64,000 nucleotides of DNA from Eledone cirrhosa (GCA_964016885.1 OZ024743.1:238018001-238082000), one strand, 5' to 3'. Positions 38,162 through 53,182 are shown, numbered from the stretch's first letter. Made by a program: numbers and translations. The notes: generated by a model from the letters alone, not told the origin.

Positions 38162-38865
38162 CGGAATACTCCTGCATTGAAACCGGCGAAGATTCGAAAC
38201 CGAATCTGAGCTTTCCCGCCTCTGGGACAAGCTGTGGTTGGTTGTTTACACCCGGCAGACCAACCCATTGGGAGATGCTAACCACAGGTCAGATGACGGT
38301 TGTTTACGCCCGGCAGACCAACCTCTTGGGAGATGCTAACCACAGGTCAGATGATATATCCATCCTTCTAACTTCAACGAAGTTATAAATACAATGATTT
38401 GTTTATACCGAGCAGAAAAAGTGGTACTACAGATAAGAGAGGAGGTATTCACTTACGCTGTCAAACTCCCTTCACGAAAAACAAATCTGTCCACTAATTT
38501 CTCACATGCCATTCTCGCCTGGCTAATTGAATACTAGTACTGCTAAGACAAGAAAGTACATTAATACGCACATACGCACACATAGTAAGTTCACACTGCT
38601 TGCATTTTTACACGCACCATTTCTCTCTGTCATATTCTATCTTTCAGATACAATACAAAATATATTATATCGTATTCTGTGATACTTGTATTTACGTGAC
38701 TCGAAGAGCCATCAACTTATTGTACGAATATTTCATGTTATAGATTTTATCATTCAATATTCAAATTGAATATTGCGATAATAAAATAAACATTGTAACA
38801 ACACAATCCTGGTATTTTTCATTGCATTGAAACCATCATACCAACAATTCCATCTATCCGTTACA
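38157..38865 (+). repeat. 5' LTR of Gypsy element
   Basis: T(A)TAACGGA...TCCGTTACA terminal inverted ends; internal ~58-bp tandem repeat at 38240-38355; aataaa at about 38780. Confidence 0.85.
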
Positions 38866-38867
38866 AC

Positions 38868-38878
38868 TGGTGACCCCG
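38868..38878 (+). promoter_or_regulatory. Primer-binding site, probably tRNA-Trp
   Basis: TGGTGACCCCG 2 nt after the LTR; complementary to a ...CGGGGUCACCA tRNA 3' end. Confidence 0.75.
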
Positions 38879-38918
38879 TGAAACAGACACACAACCTTCT
38901 GATTATTCACTACAAACG

Positions 38919-41900
38919 ATGTCCCTAACACACGACGATTCATCTACGGCAGAAATGGCAGTCCAGGTGGCGTTTACATTAAGGATACCACCATTCTGGG
39001 TGCACGATCCAACACTGTGGTTCGCGCACATCGAAGCGCAGTTCGCATCGAACCGGATCGTTAGCGAGGCATTTCGTGTAACACATGTTATTGGTTCGAT
39101 GTCTCCGGAGATTATGAATGAGGTTCGAGACCTTATTTTAGCAGCACCCGGCTCTGTGTCATATGACACATTTAAAACGACGTTAAATAAGAGGACGTCG
39201 GAGTCGCAGCAGAAGCGCTTGCACCAGCTTCTCATATCAGAGGAATTAGGAGATAAAAAGCCGACGCATCTCCTACGGCGAATGAAGCAGCTCCTGGGAG
39301 AACATAAACTCTCGGATGAAATTTTCAAGCCACTCTTCCTCCGGCGTTTGCCTTCTGCCACACAAGTTGTCTTAGCGTCCACCAGGGAGTCCACCTCCAT
39401 TGAAGAACTCGCCGAGCTGGCAGATAAAATCATGGAGGTACCACATCCGCACGCGACTTTAGCAAATGTGACGCCAGCGTGCCTTCCACCAATCCTTTCC
39501 TTCAGCCCTCCAGTGCCACAGAGATGCCCGATCTATACCAGCTACTGGCACAGCAAGCAACACAGATACAGGCCTTGACGCAACAAATTCAGGCTTTGTC
39601 ACTGGCTAACCCTGCCACGTGTCGGTCTAACAGTCGAACTCCACAATTCGGTGGTCGCGCTAGAGGTCCGAGCGCATCCCGTGATTCACCAGAAATGTGT
39701 TGGTACAACCAAACATTCGGAAGATGGGCGTGCAAGTGCGGCCATCCCTGTTTATTTGTGTCGATGTCGAACCAGGGAAACGACACAGCCAGACAACTGA
39801 ATGCGTCGGACTTTTCTGGCCCTCAAAATCAAAGTCGCCTGTTTTTCATTCAGGATTGCGTCACAGACACGCGTTTCCTGGTCGACACCGGGGCTGAAGT
39901 CAGCATCATCCCGGTTTCCTGCGTTCCTGGAAAAAGGAAAGAAACACCAGCCTGGCTCCAAGCGGTGAATCGTTCACCTATTCCGACCTACGGAGAGCAG
40001 TCCCTGACACTAAATTTAGGACTACGCCGCACCCTCCAGTGGGTATTCGTTGTGGCTAAGCTGCCGACCCCTATTTTAGGAGCTGATTTTCTTCAGCACT
40101 TCTCACTGCTTGTGGACCTGAAAAACCAACGACTCGTTGACAACTCCACTGGTTTCGCTGTACGCGGCATAGCCGCTCGGACAGCCACAGTCAGTCCAGT
40201 TATTTCACGATCGGCAACAACAACCCGGCTCAGCTATATAATCAACAGATACCCAGACGTAGTTCGACCAGTATTCAACGCTTGCCCTGTAAAACATGAC
40301 GTCACCAACCACATAAAAACACATGGCCCACCTGTCGCTGCACGACCTAGAAGGCTACCACCAGACCGTCTGAAGTCCGTCAGACAAGAATTTCAGCACA
40401 AGCTGGATCTCGGCATCATACGTCCGTCCAGTAGCAACTGGTCCTCACCCATACATTGTGTACCCAAGAAGTCGTCGAACGACTGGCGAATCTGTGGCGA
40501 CTACTGTGCACTGAACAACTGCACCGTGCCTGACTCTTATCCAGTGCCTCATCTACAGGACTTCTCTAGCTCGCTGCACGGAGCTCGCATATTTTCGAAG
40601 ATCGATCTTGTGCGAGCTTACAATCAGATACCTGTGGAGCCCTCTGATATTCCGAAGACCGCCGTCACAACGCCATTTGGAACGTTCGAATTCCTGCGTG
40701 TGCCTTTCGGTTTGCGTAATGCAGCGCAGACATCCCAACGGTTTATTGATACAGTCACCAGAGGTCTACCTTTTGTATACGCATACATAGACGACTTACT
40801 GGAGGCCAGCGGCTCCGAGGAAGAACATGAGAGGCACCTGCACCTGCTATTCGAAGGTTTGTGTGAATTCGGAATTGTTATCAACCCCAGCAAATGTGAG
40901 TCCGGAGTTGCGTCGCTTCATTTTCTGGGACACATCATTGATAAAGATGGCATTCGCCCACTTAAGGAGAAAGTCAAATCCATCATTGATTTTTCACAGC
41001 CCACATCTCTCCGCAAACTGCGAGAATTTCTTGGCCTGGTGAACTTCTACAGAAGATTTATACCCCACTGTGCAGAGACAGCTCAACCGCTCACAGATTT
41101 GATGCGGTAGCGTACAACCAAAAACGCGAACATCAATCTCAGCGAAAAAGAATGTACCGCTTTCGCTGAGTTGAAGAAAATGTTGTCCGAGGCTACAATG
41201 CTGAGTTACCCCAAACCTGATGCCCCAATGATATTGACTGATGCATCCGATTTCGGAGTTGGAGGTGTGCTTCAACAACTCCCTGTCGATATTTGGCGAC
41301 TGTACCTTTTTCCTCTAAGCGATTAAAACCCGCCGAAACTAAGTACAGCATATTCAGTCGTGAATTATTGGTAGCATACCTTCCTGTCAAGCATTTTCGA
41401 CACATGCTAGAAAGTAATGTGTTCTCCATATACACCGTCCACAAACCACTAGTGTATGCGTTCAACGCCAAGCCTGATCGCCACTCACCCAGGGAGGTCC
41501 GACATCTGGACTTCATTTCTCAGTACACTACTGACATTCGGTACATTAAGGGTGCCACCAACTCAGCAGCTGATGCCCTGTCGCGCATGGAGCTTAACGT
41601 AATCCACACCACTGCCACTATCGATCTCCAGAAGATTGCAGCGGATCAACAGGATGACAAGGAACTGCTACAGCCCCGGAAATCATCCTTGAAATTACAG
41701 GAATTCCCACTGCCCTCTTCAGGTTACATTTGGTGCGACATCTCCACAGGCCACGAGCGCCCATACGTGCCCCGGAAACATCGACGCGACGTTTTTTCGG
41801 CACTGCATTCTGTGGCACATCCTAGCGTCCGTGCAAGGCAGAAACTGGTGGTTGCCCGCTTTGTGTGGCCCAACATGAACAAGGACACCTGTGAGTGGGC

Positions 41901-42390
41901 TAGGAACTGTATCGCATGCCAGAAAGCGAAAATTCACCGGCACATCAAAGCCCCGATCGGGTCTTTCGCAACACCTGATTTACGGTTCCAACATGTGAAC
42001 ATAGACATCGTTGGACCTTTGCCTCTTCACAACTACACTCAGCTTCTCATCTGTGTCGACCGGTTTTCTCGTTGGCCAGAAGCTTTTCCCCTGACGGATA
42101 TTACCGCGGAAACTGTCACCAAAACGCTAGTGTTTCACTGGGTTTCGCGTTTCGGCACACCCGCGACCATCACTACGGATAGAGGACGTCAGTTCGATTC
42201 GCACCTCTTTACCGAGCTGACTCGTCTCCTCGGGTGTAAACACATCCGTACCACGGCGTATCACCCTGCAGCTAACGGCATGGTTGAACGTTTCCACCGT
42301 CAGCTAAAAGCAGCCATCAAGGCTTACGCAGACTCCACTAACTGGTTCGAATACCTCCCACTCATTCTTCTTGGTATTCGTTCCACTGTT
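38919..42390 (+). pseudogene. Gypsy gag-pol (gag, protease, RT, RNase H, integrase), disrupted and 3'-truncated
   Basis: PPFW...WFAHIEAQF gag; FLVDTGA; YIDD; TDASD; H..C..C; [19 protein letters not shown]; frameshifts near 39500 and 41280; stop at 41108-41110; no 3' LTR. Confidence 0.92.
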
Positions 42391-42696
42391 AAGGGCCGTA
42401 GATATTGTAAAGGATTTAGTTTGAAACCTTAATGCTCCTATTTATCCGTTTATCTTCGTGAAAGTCCTCAAGGACTAGATGATTTTGGTGTTTCTATTTG
42501 GTTGCTTGGTCTGTATTATATAGTTGTCGAAGGATATAAAATTCTCTATTCCACAGCTTTTATGTATATCATGTAATATTATATTCTGTTTTTATAAATA
42601 TATCATAAAATATATAGTAACAAGAGTTAATTGCTGTTTTTTCTCTCAAGTATTATACTAGGTGAAAAGATTTTTATAAAAAACTGTGTATTAAAC

Positions 42697-42748
42697 ATGG
42701 CTGAAATTGAAATATATCAACGAAACACAGGGAATCAATCAAATACAG
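42697..42748 (+). CDS. SLC22-family transporter, putative first coding exon
   Basis: aacATGG start, MAEIEIYQRNTGNQSNT, CAG|GTAATT donor; phase 1 matches the next exon; upstream acceptor at 42661. Confidence 0.55.
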
Positions 42749-42954
42749 GTAATTAATTTAAATATCTGTTTATACCTGACTAATTACAAACTAATTATTG
42801 TAATAATAATTTACTTCTACAAATGTTGGTATATTAACCTAAAAAATGTATTAATTTGCTGTACTTTACCGGAGTTTAAAATATAAATCTAATTAATTAA
42901 ACTTTCAAATAATTACACTACTTGAATCTGCTGTCTTGATTCTACAGGCATGTA

Positions 42955-43120
42955 CCTTATATTGGTGAATTTGTAGAGTTATTAAAGCATTGGATAGAAT
43001 GTTTTGCAGTGTGTTCCAGCTCACTATGCACTGAGTTCAAATCTTCCCTAGGTCAACTTTGTCTGTCATCCTTTTGAGATTGATAACAAAAGTACCAGTC
43101 TAGTACTAGAGTTGATCCCC
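42955..43120 (+). mobile_element. tRNA-derived SINE (same family as 8182)
   Basis: ctgagttcaaatc B box, caactttg...tcatcct, aaagtaccagt. Confidence 0.7.
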
Positions 43121-43444
43121 CCTCTCTTTGTCAGTTCATCTGTGTTCAGACCTGGTGAGGGGATGGATTCTGGCAGGTTTAAAAGGCCCAAAACACATCA
43201 CTATGCCCCCCCCCCCCCTTACGACTTCATCAGGAGTTGCCTGTCCATACATACAACGCATCTTTCTTGTGTCTGTTACTACTGCTGTTGATTTTACAGT
43301 CGTCTGCCTTTTCTGTGTGTGCTACTAATTGTACCAAATTAAGAAGCAGTCATATTGCAGGTTGTTGTTATTGTTGTTGTGTTGTCGTCAATCTAACAGG
43401 ACCCTTTGACCATACACTGCAGACATTTGAAGCGAAGGGGAACG

Positions 43445-43620
43445 TCGATTAAACCTACCCCAGTGTATGACTGATACATTATTTTATCGACCCCGTAAGG
43501 ACGAAAGGCAAAGTTAACCTCAGCGGCATTTGAACTCCGAATAGAATGGAACGCAACTATTATATGCCACAAAGCATACTGTCTGACACTCTACCAATAC
43601 TGCCAATCCACTGCCCTTAT
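43445..43620 (-). mobile_element. tRNA-derived SINE
   Basis: Reverse complement of the 8182 family body. Confidence 0.8.
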
Positions 43621-44069
43621 CTACTATGTAATAATAAGATTTGTATGTATGTGTGTGTGTGGATGTGGATGTTGGTGGGTTGGAGAGGGGGAGGGGGTGA
43701 TCATATCTGGATGTTTAAAAAATAAAATTACTAAAATAAGTACCAGACTTGAAAAAATAAGTACTGAGGTCTATATAATCAACTAAATATTTTCAAGCCA
43801 GTGACCCAGCATGACTGCAGTCTAATGAAAGAACCCAGCAAAAGAATAAATATTTACATCATCTTCCAAACATGCTGTTAGTAGATAGCGTTCCCTTTCT
43901 TCTGCCTCTCACTGTTACTCATTTCCCTCCAATAAACACTCTTTTCTCTTTCTTTTTTTCCCTTTCCCTTCAACCACATAACATACATATGCAAGCAGAT
44001 TTAATATGATAGATTATAGATACTATTCTAGATTATATGATTTTTAACATTTGTTATTTCTAATTTCAG

Positions 44070-44440
44070 AAATATCAACTACTAATATCAAACTACTACT
44101 GGAAAAATGCTCTACTTATGGACCTTATCAATGCCAGTTGTTAATTTTATTATTCTCCCTGAACTTTTGCATAGTATTGCCATCAATGAGTTTGATATTT
44201 ATCAGTGCCAACGTCCCTTTCTTATGCTACCCTCCAAACTTTAATGCTTCTGCAATTCCTCCAAATCTTACAGAGAATCAATATTTACACATGTTTCAAC
44301 CTGGACCCAATCAATGTTTTGTGTATAACAACAGTTTCACTGAGATATATTATTCAATGTCACCCAGTAATTTATCTACAGTACCCTGTTCCTATGGACG
44401 GAAGTTTATGACAGACAATTTTTCTTCAACTGTAAGTGAG
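44070..44440 (+). CDS. SLC22-family transporter exon (TM1 + large Cys-containing extracellular loop)
   Basis: tttcag acceptor; G.YQ motif, TM segment, C...C...C..G..F...STVSE; GAG|GTGAGT donor. Confidence 0.9.
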
Positions 44441-44504
44441 GTGAGTTGGTAATCTATTAAATCTAGTAAAACGAGGGGTAAAGTCACATCATTATTATTA
44501 ACTA

Positions 44505-44720
44505 GTAAGAGCGGCAGTATTGGAAGAGCGTCAGACGCCCTGCTTTGCGGCATAGAGTTACGGCCCTTTATATTCTGAGTTCAAATCCCGCCGATATTAG
44601 CTTTACCTTTCATCCTTACGGGGTTGATAAAATAAAACGCCAGTAATGCACTGGGGTCGATTTAATTGATTTCACCTCCCCCCAAATTGCTGACCTTGTG
44701 CCAATAGTAGAAATATTTAT
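44505..44720 (+). mobile_element. tRNA-derived SINE, intronic
   Basis: Same family as 8182; tattattaactagt duplicated on both flanks. Confidence 0.8.
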
Positions 44721-44789
44721 TATTAACTAGTCTGTAACCAATTGCTTTATGGAGTAAGCAATATTTGATTTCTGCATTGTAACAAAGCT

Positions 44790-45240
44790 ATCATCATCAT
44801 CATTTTATGTTTGCTTTCACATGGTTGTATGGGCTGGGCAAGTCTTTTTCAGCTCAGTATACCCCATCATTTTCACTGGGATGTTCAGTGATTTGAGATC
44901 AGCTTTCACTACCTCCATCCAGGTCTCCCTTGATTTCCCTCTGCTGCAGATTACCTCCACTTGGATGTCTTGGCACTTCATCCCCCAATAATCATCATCC
45001 ACATGCATCATATGTTCATATCAGAACAAACTTCTCTCTTGCACAGTACATCTGATTCCTTTCATATTCAATTTCTCTCTCAGCTCATCTATGTTTTGTC
45101 ATTCACATTAGACATCAACTGAAACATTCTTGCTTCATTTCTCTCCAGTCTTCATATATCCTCAGCACTCATTTTGTATATCTCACTACCATGCAGCATT
45201 GCACATCACACACAGGCATCAAACAGCCAGACTTTCGTTT
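44790..45240 (-). mobile_element. RTE LINE 3' fragment
   Basis: RGKSRETWMEVVKADL; (GAT)n tail. Confidence 0.7.
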
Positions 45241-45386
45241 GTAGTGAGGAGCCTTTTGTTGTCAACAGAGATAGAAGCCCTTATCACTGTATTTCTAAAG
45301 TATTTTTTATGGCAAAATGATAAAAGTAAGCAAAAATGGAAATATTATTCATAACTTTGTAACATTTTTTATTTAATTTCTTACAG

Positions 45387-45490
45387 TTTGATTTAGTGTG
45401 TGAGAAGAGATGGTTAAGATCCACTTTACAGTCAGTTTATTTTGCTGGTTACCTTATTGGATCACTGGTATTTGGTGATTTAGCAGACAG
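45387..45490 (+). CDS. SLC22-family transporter exon (104 bp)
   Basis: ttacag acceptor; FDLVCEKRWLRSTLQSVYFAGYLIGSLVFGDLADR; AG|GT donor. Confidence 0.95.
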
Positions 45491-45957
45491 GTTAGATATA
45501 TTTTTATTCAACTAAATCTTTTTCTTAAACAGAAAGAAAATAATATATACAATCATCATCATCATTATCATCATCACCGTTTTACGTTCATTCTTCCACA
45601 CTAGCAAGGGTTAGATGGGTTGTCCTGTTGTGGGCAATGCCAGGTCAGGTGACCATGTCTTGCTCATACAGAACTGATTTTAGCTTGATTTCTACAGTTG
45701 GATGCCCTTCCTAACGCCAACCTCATTTACAGTGGGTACTGGATGCTTTTTATCATGGCACCTACACGACAACTTTACAGTGTGGAATTCCGTGATTTTG
45801 TGTTATGATACTTGGGGCATACTGTCTATATTCTTTAGCTTCAGCTTGTACCCATAGGAAGTAGGTGTCTTCTGTATTACTGCATAACGCCAGAGGCCTC
45901 AGTCTGTGCCGTCGCCTTTGAGAGGTGCAATTGGGCAAAATCAGCTGTTATAACCTC

Positions 45958-48040
45958 TTACCAGATTTTCTTGTGCCTCCCCACTCCAAAGCTTCCATCT
46001 ACTTTTAGTGCTCTGCACCATTTTATGCAGCTGTCATCCTTCATACGCATCACATATCCATACCAACATAATCTCCTCTCTTGCACGCAGCATTTAATTC
46101 CTCTTATGCCTAGTCTCTCTCTTAATTCATTTATGCTTTGCCATTCGCGTATATTACACATCCATCGGAGTATGCAATCATCATTTCTTTCTAATCTACA
46201 CAAGTCTTGTGCACAATACCCCAATCTCACTACCATGCAACATTGCTGTTTGTATGCATGCATCATACAGTCTGCCTTTCATTTTGAGGGAAAAACCTTT
46301 TGCAGCTTGCAGTGGTAGTAACTCCCTGAACTTGCTCCATCCCGTTCTTACTCGGGCTACTGTACTTTCAGACACCCACCTTCACTGCTAATTCGGTCAC
46401 CTAGGTAGCAGAAGCTGTCTACTGTTTCTACCAAGCCCTCCCAGAATTTGGTAGTGCTTGTTTCCTGTGATCGTTTACTGCTTACTGTCCCAGGGCAACT
46501 GTTACATGTAAAGCTTACATTCTTAGCTAAACGTCCTTACATCCCACTACATCTCTTGTGTACCCATAGTTTGAATTTGGGACACAGGATGGAATTTCTA
46601 CCTACACCTTTCCTACAAACTGAGCAAGTTAATTTCCCTGAGGGGATCTGGGTTCTAGGACCTTAGTCTTTGTCAGGTTGAGTTTGAGACCCCTTCTTTC
46701 TAGACCCTGCTTCCATGTTTGGAATTTATTCTCTAGTTCCACCATAGATTCAGTTATAAGTGTAAGATCATCCGCGTACAGAAGTTCCCATGGGCATCCG
46801 GTCTTAAACTCCTCTGTTATAGCCTACAATACGAACATAAACAGAAGAGGGCTAAGAACAGAGCCCTGCTGGACACTAACCTGTATACTAAATTCCTCGC
46901 TATAGTCATTGTTAACCCTAACTTTGCTGACTGCTCCCCTATACATGGCTTGTACAGCTTTCACAAGCCATTCATTTACTCCTAGTTTTCTAAGAGCCTA
47001 CTAGATTATAGCACAGGGCACTCTGTCGATAGCTTTTTCCAGATCAACAAATGCCAGCTAGAGCGGCTTACCTTTAGCCAGGTACTTTTCCTGTAACTGC
47101 CTCACAAGGAAGAGCGCATCAATTGTACTTTTTCCTAACACAAACCCAAACTGCATCTGATCTAGATTTAACCTGTCCCTAATCAGCTGTGCTATAACTC
47201 TTTCTGTTACTTTCATGACCTGGTCCATCAGCTTTATACCTCTATAGTTTCCTCCATCTAGTGCATCTCCTTTACCCTTGCAGCAATTGACAATGATGCT
47301 GCTGCACCAATCATTTGGTATGACGTCCTCTAGTATTACTTGGTTAAAAATATTGTTGGTTATGGTGTGACCTACCGACCCAGATGCTTTCAGCATCTCG
47401 GCAGCTATACTCGATGGACCAGTTGCTTTCCCAGTCTTCATATCCTTAATTGCCTTACTTACTACACTGCTGCTGACTTGTATTGCTTGGCCCTCTATGG
47501 GGTCCACTTGGGATAGTGTCTCTTTCTCCCATGCATTCTCCTCATTTAGTAATCTTTCATAATGTCACTTCCATGCGGCTTTCTTCTCGACATTTGTGAC
47601 GGCAAGTTCACTTTTATCATCCTGGACACACTTCTCACCAATGATATCACAATTTTCTCAAACACGCTGCCTCACAATCTTGAACAGTTTGTTAGAGCAG
47701 TAGTGTGCATTAAGGACACCCAGAAAAATTTGTAGCATTGATTTTTGCCTACAAGGGCTCTAGCAGACACTCCTCTCCCTCTAGTCTCTTGCACACAACA
47801 TATATCAATTTCCATTTGGTCTAACTTCTCTACGATTTCTCTTGCTCTTCCTTTCATTGTGCTCACGTTGATGGTGCCAACTCGGAGTTTTGGGCATTTG
47901 TTATCACTGGTGGGGGTGGGGGTATTTTTGTGGCTGAGTGTGTATGCTTTCTGTCTCTGAATTAAAACTTTCGCATGGATGCTTGGTAACTCGTGGATAC
48001 ATATTTATTTATTTGGGGTTGTTCCATCATCCTCAGCTCA
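45958..48040 (-). mobile_element. RTE LINE, internally deleted, intronic
   Basis: CCVQET, KATGPS, NYRGIKL, QFGF, LYADD-like, CYLG; PHD-like Cys insert at about 46480-46640. Confidence 0.85.
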
Positions 48041-48991
48041 TCCATAGTTAATGATAAACAAGAATTTCTTCAGGGCAGGGATAGAAAAGACGGTAGTAGT
48101 AATGGCAGAATTTGTTGGCATAGGTAATGGGTGAGGATATGTTGCTGTGGTTTGATTGGTCGCAAAGTCTATGGTGGTGAGTGGGAGTGGGCGGGCAGGA
48201 AATTGTGAGATAGGTAGCCATCATGGCATATATCATGGCGGAAGATTCGGGGGAAATGAGCAGATACAAGTAGGCATATTCGACAAGGCAAATGTGTGAG
48301 AATTTCGAAGACAGTCACTGACTAAATGATAGATTGATTGGGATGAGTTCGAATATGTAGAGAGTTGGAGAGTGAGAGGGGGAGAATATACCAACATGGT
48401 TTATTTCGAAAATAGTCGAAATATACTTTGGGAAAATAAACAAATAATAAGGTGTACAGAACATTTTCAAAGTGTGGACATAGATACCTGAAAGAAACCA
48501 AATATCCTATGGATGGCTGGGATAAGTTGAAATCTTTACAAATTCAGAGGAAAATCAAAAGCCGTCTTAATTCATAGGCAACCACCAAATGAATGAATGA
48601 AAGGCTAGAATGGTGTGAGTTTGAGATGATTTCAAATAGGTAGATGGTGAGAGAGGGGGGGGGGGGTGAGAATATACTAACGTAGTTTATTTCGAAAATA
48701 GGTGAAATATACGTTGGGAAAATAACCAAATAATAATATATACAGAATATTTTCAAAGTTTGGACAGAAATAATATACACAAATTTTTTTATACAATACA
48801 TAATTACATAAATATTTCACATAGAAATACAAAATCAAAATGAAAGAAAATATCAATTCAACTCTAAGTAATGTGTATCAATCAACAATGGATGTTAGGG
48901 CCTCCTTCTAATACTTTTTGAGGCAAGTTTACATGTTCAGTCTCTTTCTCTGTCTATATTTATCTATCTATCTCTGAGCATATTAACTATA

Positions 48992-49059
<68 letters not shown>

Positions 49060-49151
49060 TAGTATATGTTGGTTGTATACCAACACCTCAGTATGCAGGC
49101 TGGAGCACTCGACGAAGTGCGCAGGTTGGTTTGGTTACTCCCGGAGTAATG

Positions 49152-52100
49152 TAAAATAAAGTTAAATAAAAAGTCAAATGTTTAAAATTTAGCTTCGTTT
49201 ATTACTGCTATATATATTTCAGTGACAGCCATCTTTGGCTGTGACCTCTTTGGGCAGTCCGAATTAGTGTGGTTTAGACAAGTATATATGTTGTTGAGGT
49301 GTATAATATTGTGAATACTCTGATATGCCCAGTTCCTGGTTGGGTTGTTATTTCACTAAGGAACTGGAATCATATGAATTCAAACAAACGAATTTCAGCG
49401 TCAAAGGACCTCTTCTCCTCTCATTGGTCAGTTGTTAGAACATTCCTCATTCTAAGTGTTGTTATTGTTGGAGTTAGCTTAAAAAATTGATAAAGTGGTA
49501 GAAGGGACAAGGTGTTAAAGGAACAAAATAACAAAAAAAGTGTCAAACTTCCCATTGGTCAGTTCTGAGAGCATTCCTCAGTCAGAAGTCTATAGAATTC
49601 TTTCTGGGGTGAGGCTCCCTGTAGTGTTTGTGTTACAAAAATACACCTGGATTTACCCTGGATGAGATCAATGCCACAGCTTACAGGTTTATATCTAGAA
49701 TCGGCATAGAGGACAGGACGGCGCCATACCAACCAAGGGAGCCGCGGATTACCCTTAAAGATCACGAGCCAAACTTTGAGTCCGACCTCCCTGTCAGACC
49801 AATAGCCCCCTCCAGATCTGACCTAGGGATCGTCAGTAAAAGAATACTGGATAGGATTTTGCCCAAGCTTCGGAAGAAAACTAAATTAAAGCAATGGTCA
49901 TGCACGGGAGAAGTAATAGAATGGTTTAAAATACTGCATGAGAAAAGTAGGACCAGCTTTATACAACTGGACATCGCAAGCTACTACTCCTCAATCTCAC
50001 CCATAGTACTTAATAAGGCCCTATTTTTAGCGATGTCCAATACGGACCTAACCCGCGAGGAGGTGAGCATCATCCACGCCGCAAGAAATACCTTAATCCG
50101 TTTCGATGGAGACCTTTGGACCAGGAGTGATTGGCCAAATAACTTTGACATCACGATGGGCTCCAGCGACTCAGCAAAGGTAACGGACCTGGTTGGGCTC
50201 TACCTGCTGAAGCAGATAAAAGATGAAATCCCCTGCTTGGGCGGCGGATTATACCGTGACGATGCTCTATTCACAGTATATGACCACAGCACCAATATGT
50301 TGGAGGGAATGAGGAGACGTATTCGCCATTTCTTTAAGAACCAGGGGCTCATTATAGAAATAGACCCAAATAGGAAGGTAGTTAACTTCCTAGACACCAC
50401 CCTAAACCTGAACACCGAACAATACTACCCCTACCACAAGCCCAACGAGAAACTCGTATATGTTAACGCCAAATCAAACCACCCTATATCCTTAACCAAG
50501 GCAGTGGTGAAGAGTGTCTCGGACAGGATCTCCAGCCTGTCCGCAAGTAAGGAAATATTCAATAACCACGCGTAATATTACAACGCAGCTCTAAAGAAGG
50601 CGGCACATGGCCAAAATATAACATATAGTCCGAAACGCCGGGATGGGGATAGCCCAACAGACACCCACACCCGCGTTGCCCGGGGGGGGGGTACCCTAAC
50701 AATACAGGCAGAGCTGAAACAAATAGGCACCATGTGCCCGACACCACCACACGGGCGGTGGTGACTAGTACACTTAACCACGAGACGAAACACAATATGA
50801 GTAACAGTCTCAGGGGTGACGCTAACCACCCCAGGACCGACGACCCCAACCGCAGGACACATAGGGGGAACGGGGGACCACCCCACGATAGATCTCCCAG
50901 CGCGGGCAATGACCACCCCACAGATTCCGGCCGTGAAGATAACAAAAAGCATAGCGCCCAAAGGGGAAGAAACAGTGCAGAAACCACCAGCAACCCAACA
51001 AATCTCCAACAAATCACGACGCCCCCGACCCACACATATAGGAGGAGACACCGAAAAATCACGTGGTACAACCCACCCTACTCAGCGGCCCTAAAGAACA
51101 GCTTGGCCCGATCATTCTTTGGAGCACTTGATAAATGCTTCCCGAGGGACCACAGATACCACAGGATCTTCAACAGACACACTGTGAAGCTCTCGTATTC
51201 CACCACGAGAAATCTGGCCCAACACATAGCTAGCATCAACAGGAGTAGGCTTAAAAACCACACACAAACAGAAGATGGCAATACAAGCACTCAGCAGAAC
51301 CATGTGAAAGGAGGGAAGGGGGGACCCAGAGCCCACCAAGATACCCAAACAGACCCGGGGATCCCCCACCGTGCCTTGGGGAATACCAACATGTAATACA
51401 TAACGGGAACCCTAATCTAGGCACGCAGAGGTCGACCACCATCTGCAACTGCAGAAACCCCGAATCATGCCCCCTTGGTAATGAATGCCTGAAGAAGAAC
51501 CTAGTATACGGTTGAAGGGTTAAAACCCCCAACTCCGAACACCTCTACATAGGAGCCACATCAACGAGCTTTAAAGACCGCTGGTACAACCATCGCCATT
51601 CATTCAAAAAGGAGGCCAAAAGGAAAAGCACGGCTCTCTCCGACCTGATCTGGAAGCTTAAGCTGGACAGGACCCCGTACTCTCTGGCCTGGTACATAAT
51701 CAGGAAAGTACCACCCGATAAAGGGGGATCCTGCATATGCAAACTATGCCTGAACGAGACCCTCGAGATACTAAGAGGAGGAAGCGGCCTGATAAACCTC
51801 AGAACCGACTTCTTCGGGACATGCAGACACCTTAGAGCCGGGACCTTCCTCAAGATATATGGACAGTAACAACACAAGAAGATGTGAACTCCTCTCAAGC
51901 TATAGGGACTTCTACAGAACATGTAAACACCTCTCAGCCAGACCTCCATCAAGCTATATGTGCAGTAACAACACCCTAGGTTGTGAACTCCCCTCAAGCC
52001 ATAAGGAACAACCCAGGCTGAGCAGACACCATGATAGCCTAGAGATTGAATCGGACACAGCCATTATAATTTGGCCAACATCTATATAACACAAACACAT

Positions 52101-53182
52101 TTTAATTTACTTGATTTCTGACTTTCAAGTCCCAATTTTAAATCTTGATTTCTCTTTATTAATTTGTTATTTGTTTTCTACCCTCTTCACTGTATCACCT
52201 TATATTTATTTTTAAGTTGAGATTGATTATTACACAAACACATTTTGTTTGATTATCTTATTTTAACATCTTGTACCTCATACCAATCTATCCAACATAT
52301 TTCTGACTTTGAGATTGGTTATAGCACACACACACTTTATCCTACTTTATTTGAATCTTCATTTTATTTTTCACTTCTCCATGTTCATTTTCATTACTTT
52401 TTCACCAATTTTTCATTTATTCTTTATTCTTTATTCTTTATTCTCTATTTATTATTTATTTTCAAATTATACAAATTATATTATTTATTTTCTGTTTTCT
52501 TCATATATTGCCTTATATTTCTTCATATACATGGAAGACCCCTCCCCCCCACCACCACCACTATGAGAGATGGTGGCAGGAGGGATGAAGAAAAAACACT
52601 CACAGATACTTCTAAATTGTCAACAGAAGCAAAACATAAGCTGACCACAACACCAACAACACTACCAAAATAATGGTAGTGGTCAAATGTGCTTAACAAT
52701 AGCAAACACAAACACTACAGGGAGCCTCACCCCAGAAAGAATTCTATAGACTTCTGACTGAGGAATGCTCTCAGAACTGACCAATGGGAAGTTTGACACT
52801 TTTTTTGTTATTTTGTTCCTTTAACACCTTGTCCCTTTTACCACTTTATCAATTTTTAAGCTAATTCCTACAATAACAACACTTAGAATGAGGAATGTTC
52901 TAACAACTGACCAATGAGAGGAGAAGAAGCCCTTTAACACTGAAATTCGTTTGTTTCAATTCATATGATTCCAGTTCCTCAGTGAAATAACAACCCAACC
53001 AGGAACTGGGCATATCAGAGTATTCACAATATTATACACCTCAACAACGTATATACTTGTCTATACCACACTAATTCGGACTGCCTGAAGAGGTCACAGC
53101 CAAAGATGGCTGTCACTGAAATATATATAGCAGTAATAAACGAAGCTTAATTTTAAACATTTGACTTTTTATTTAACTTTAT

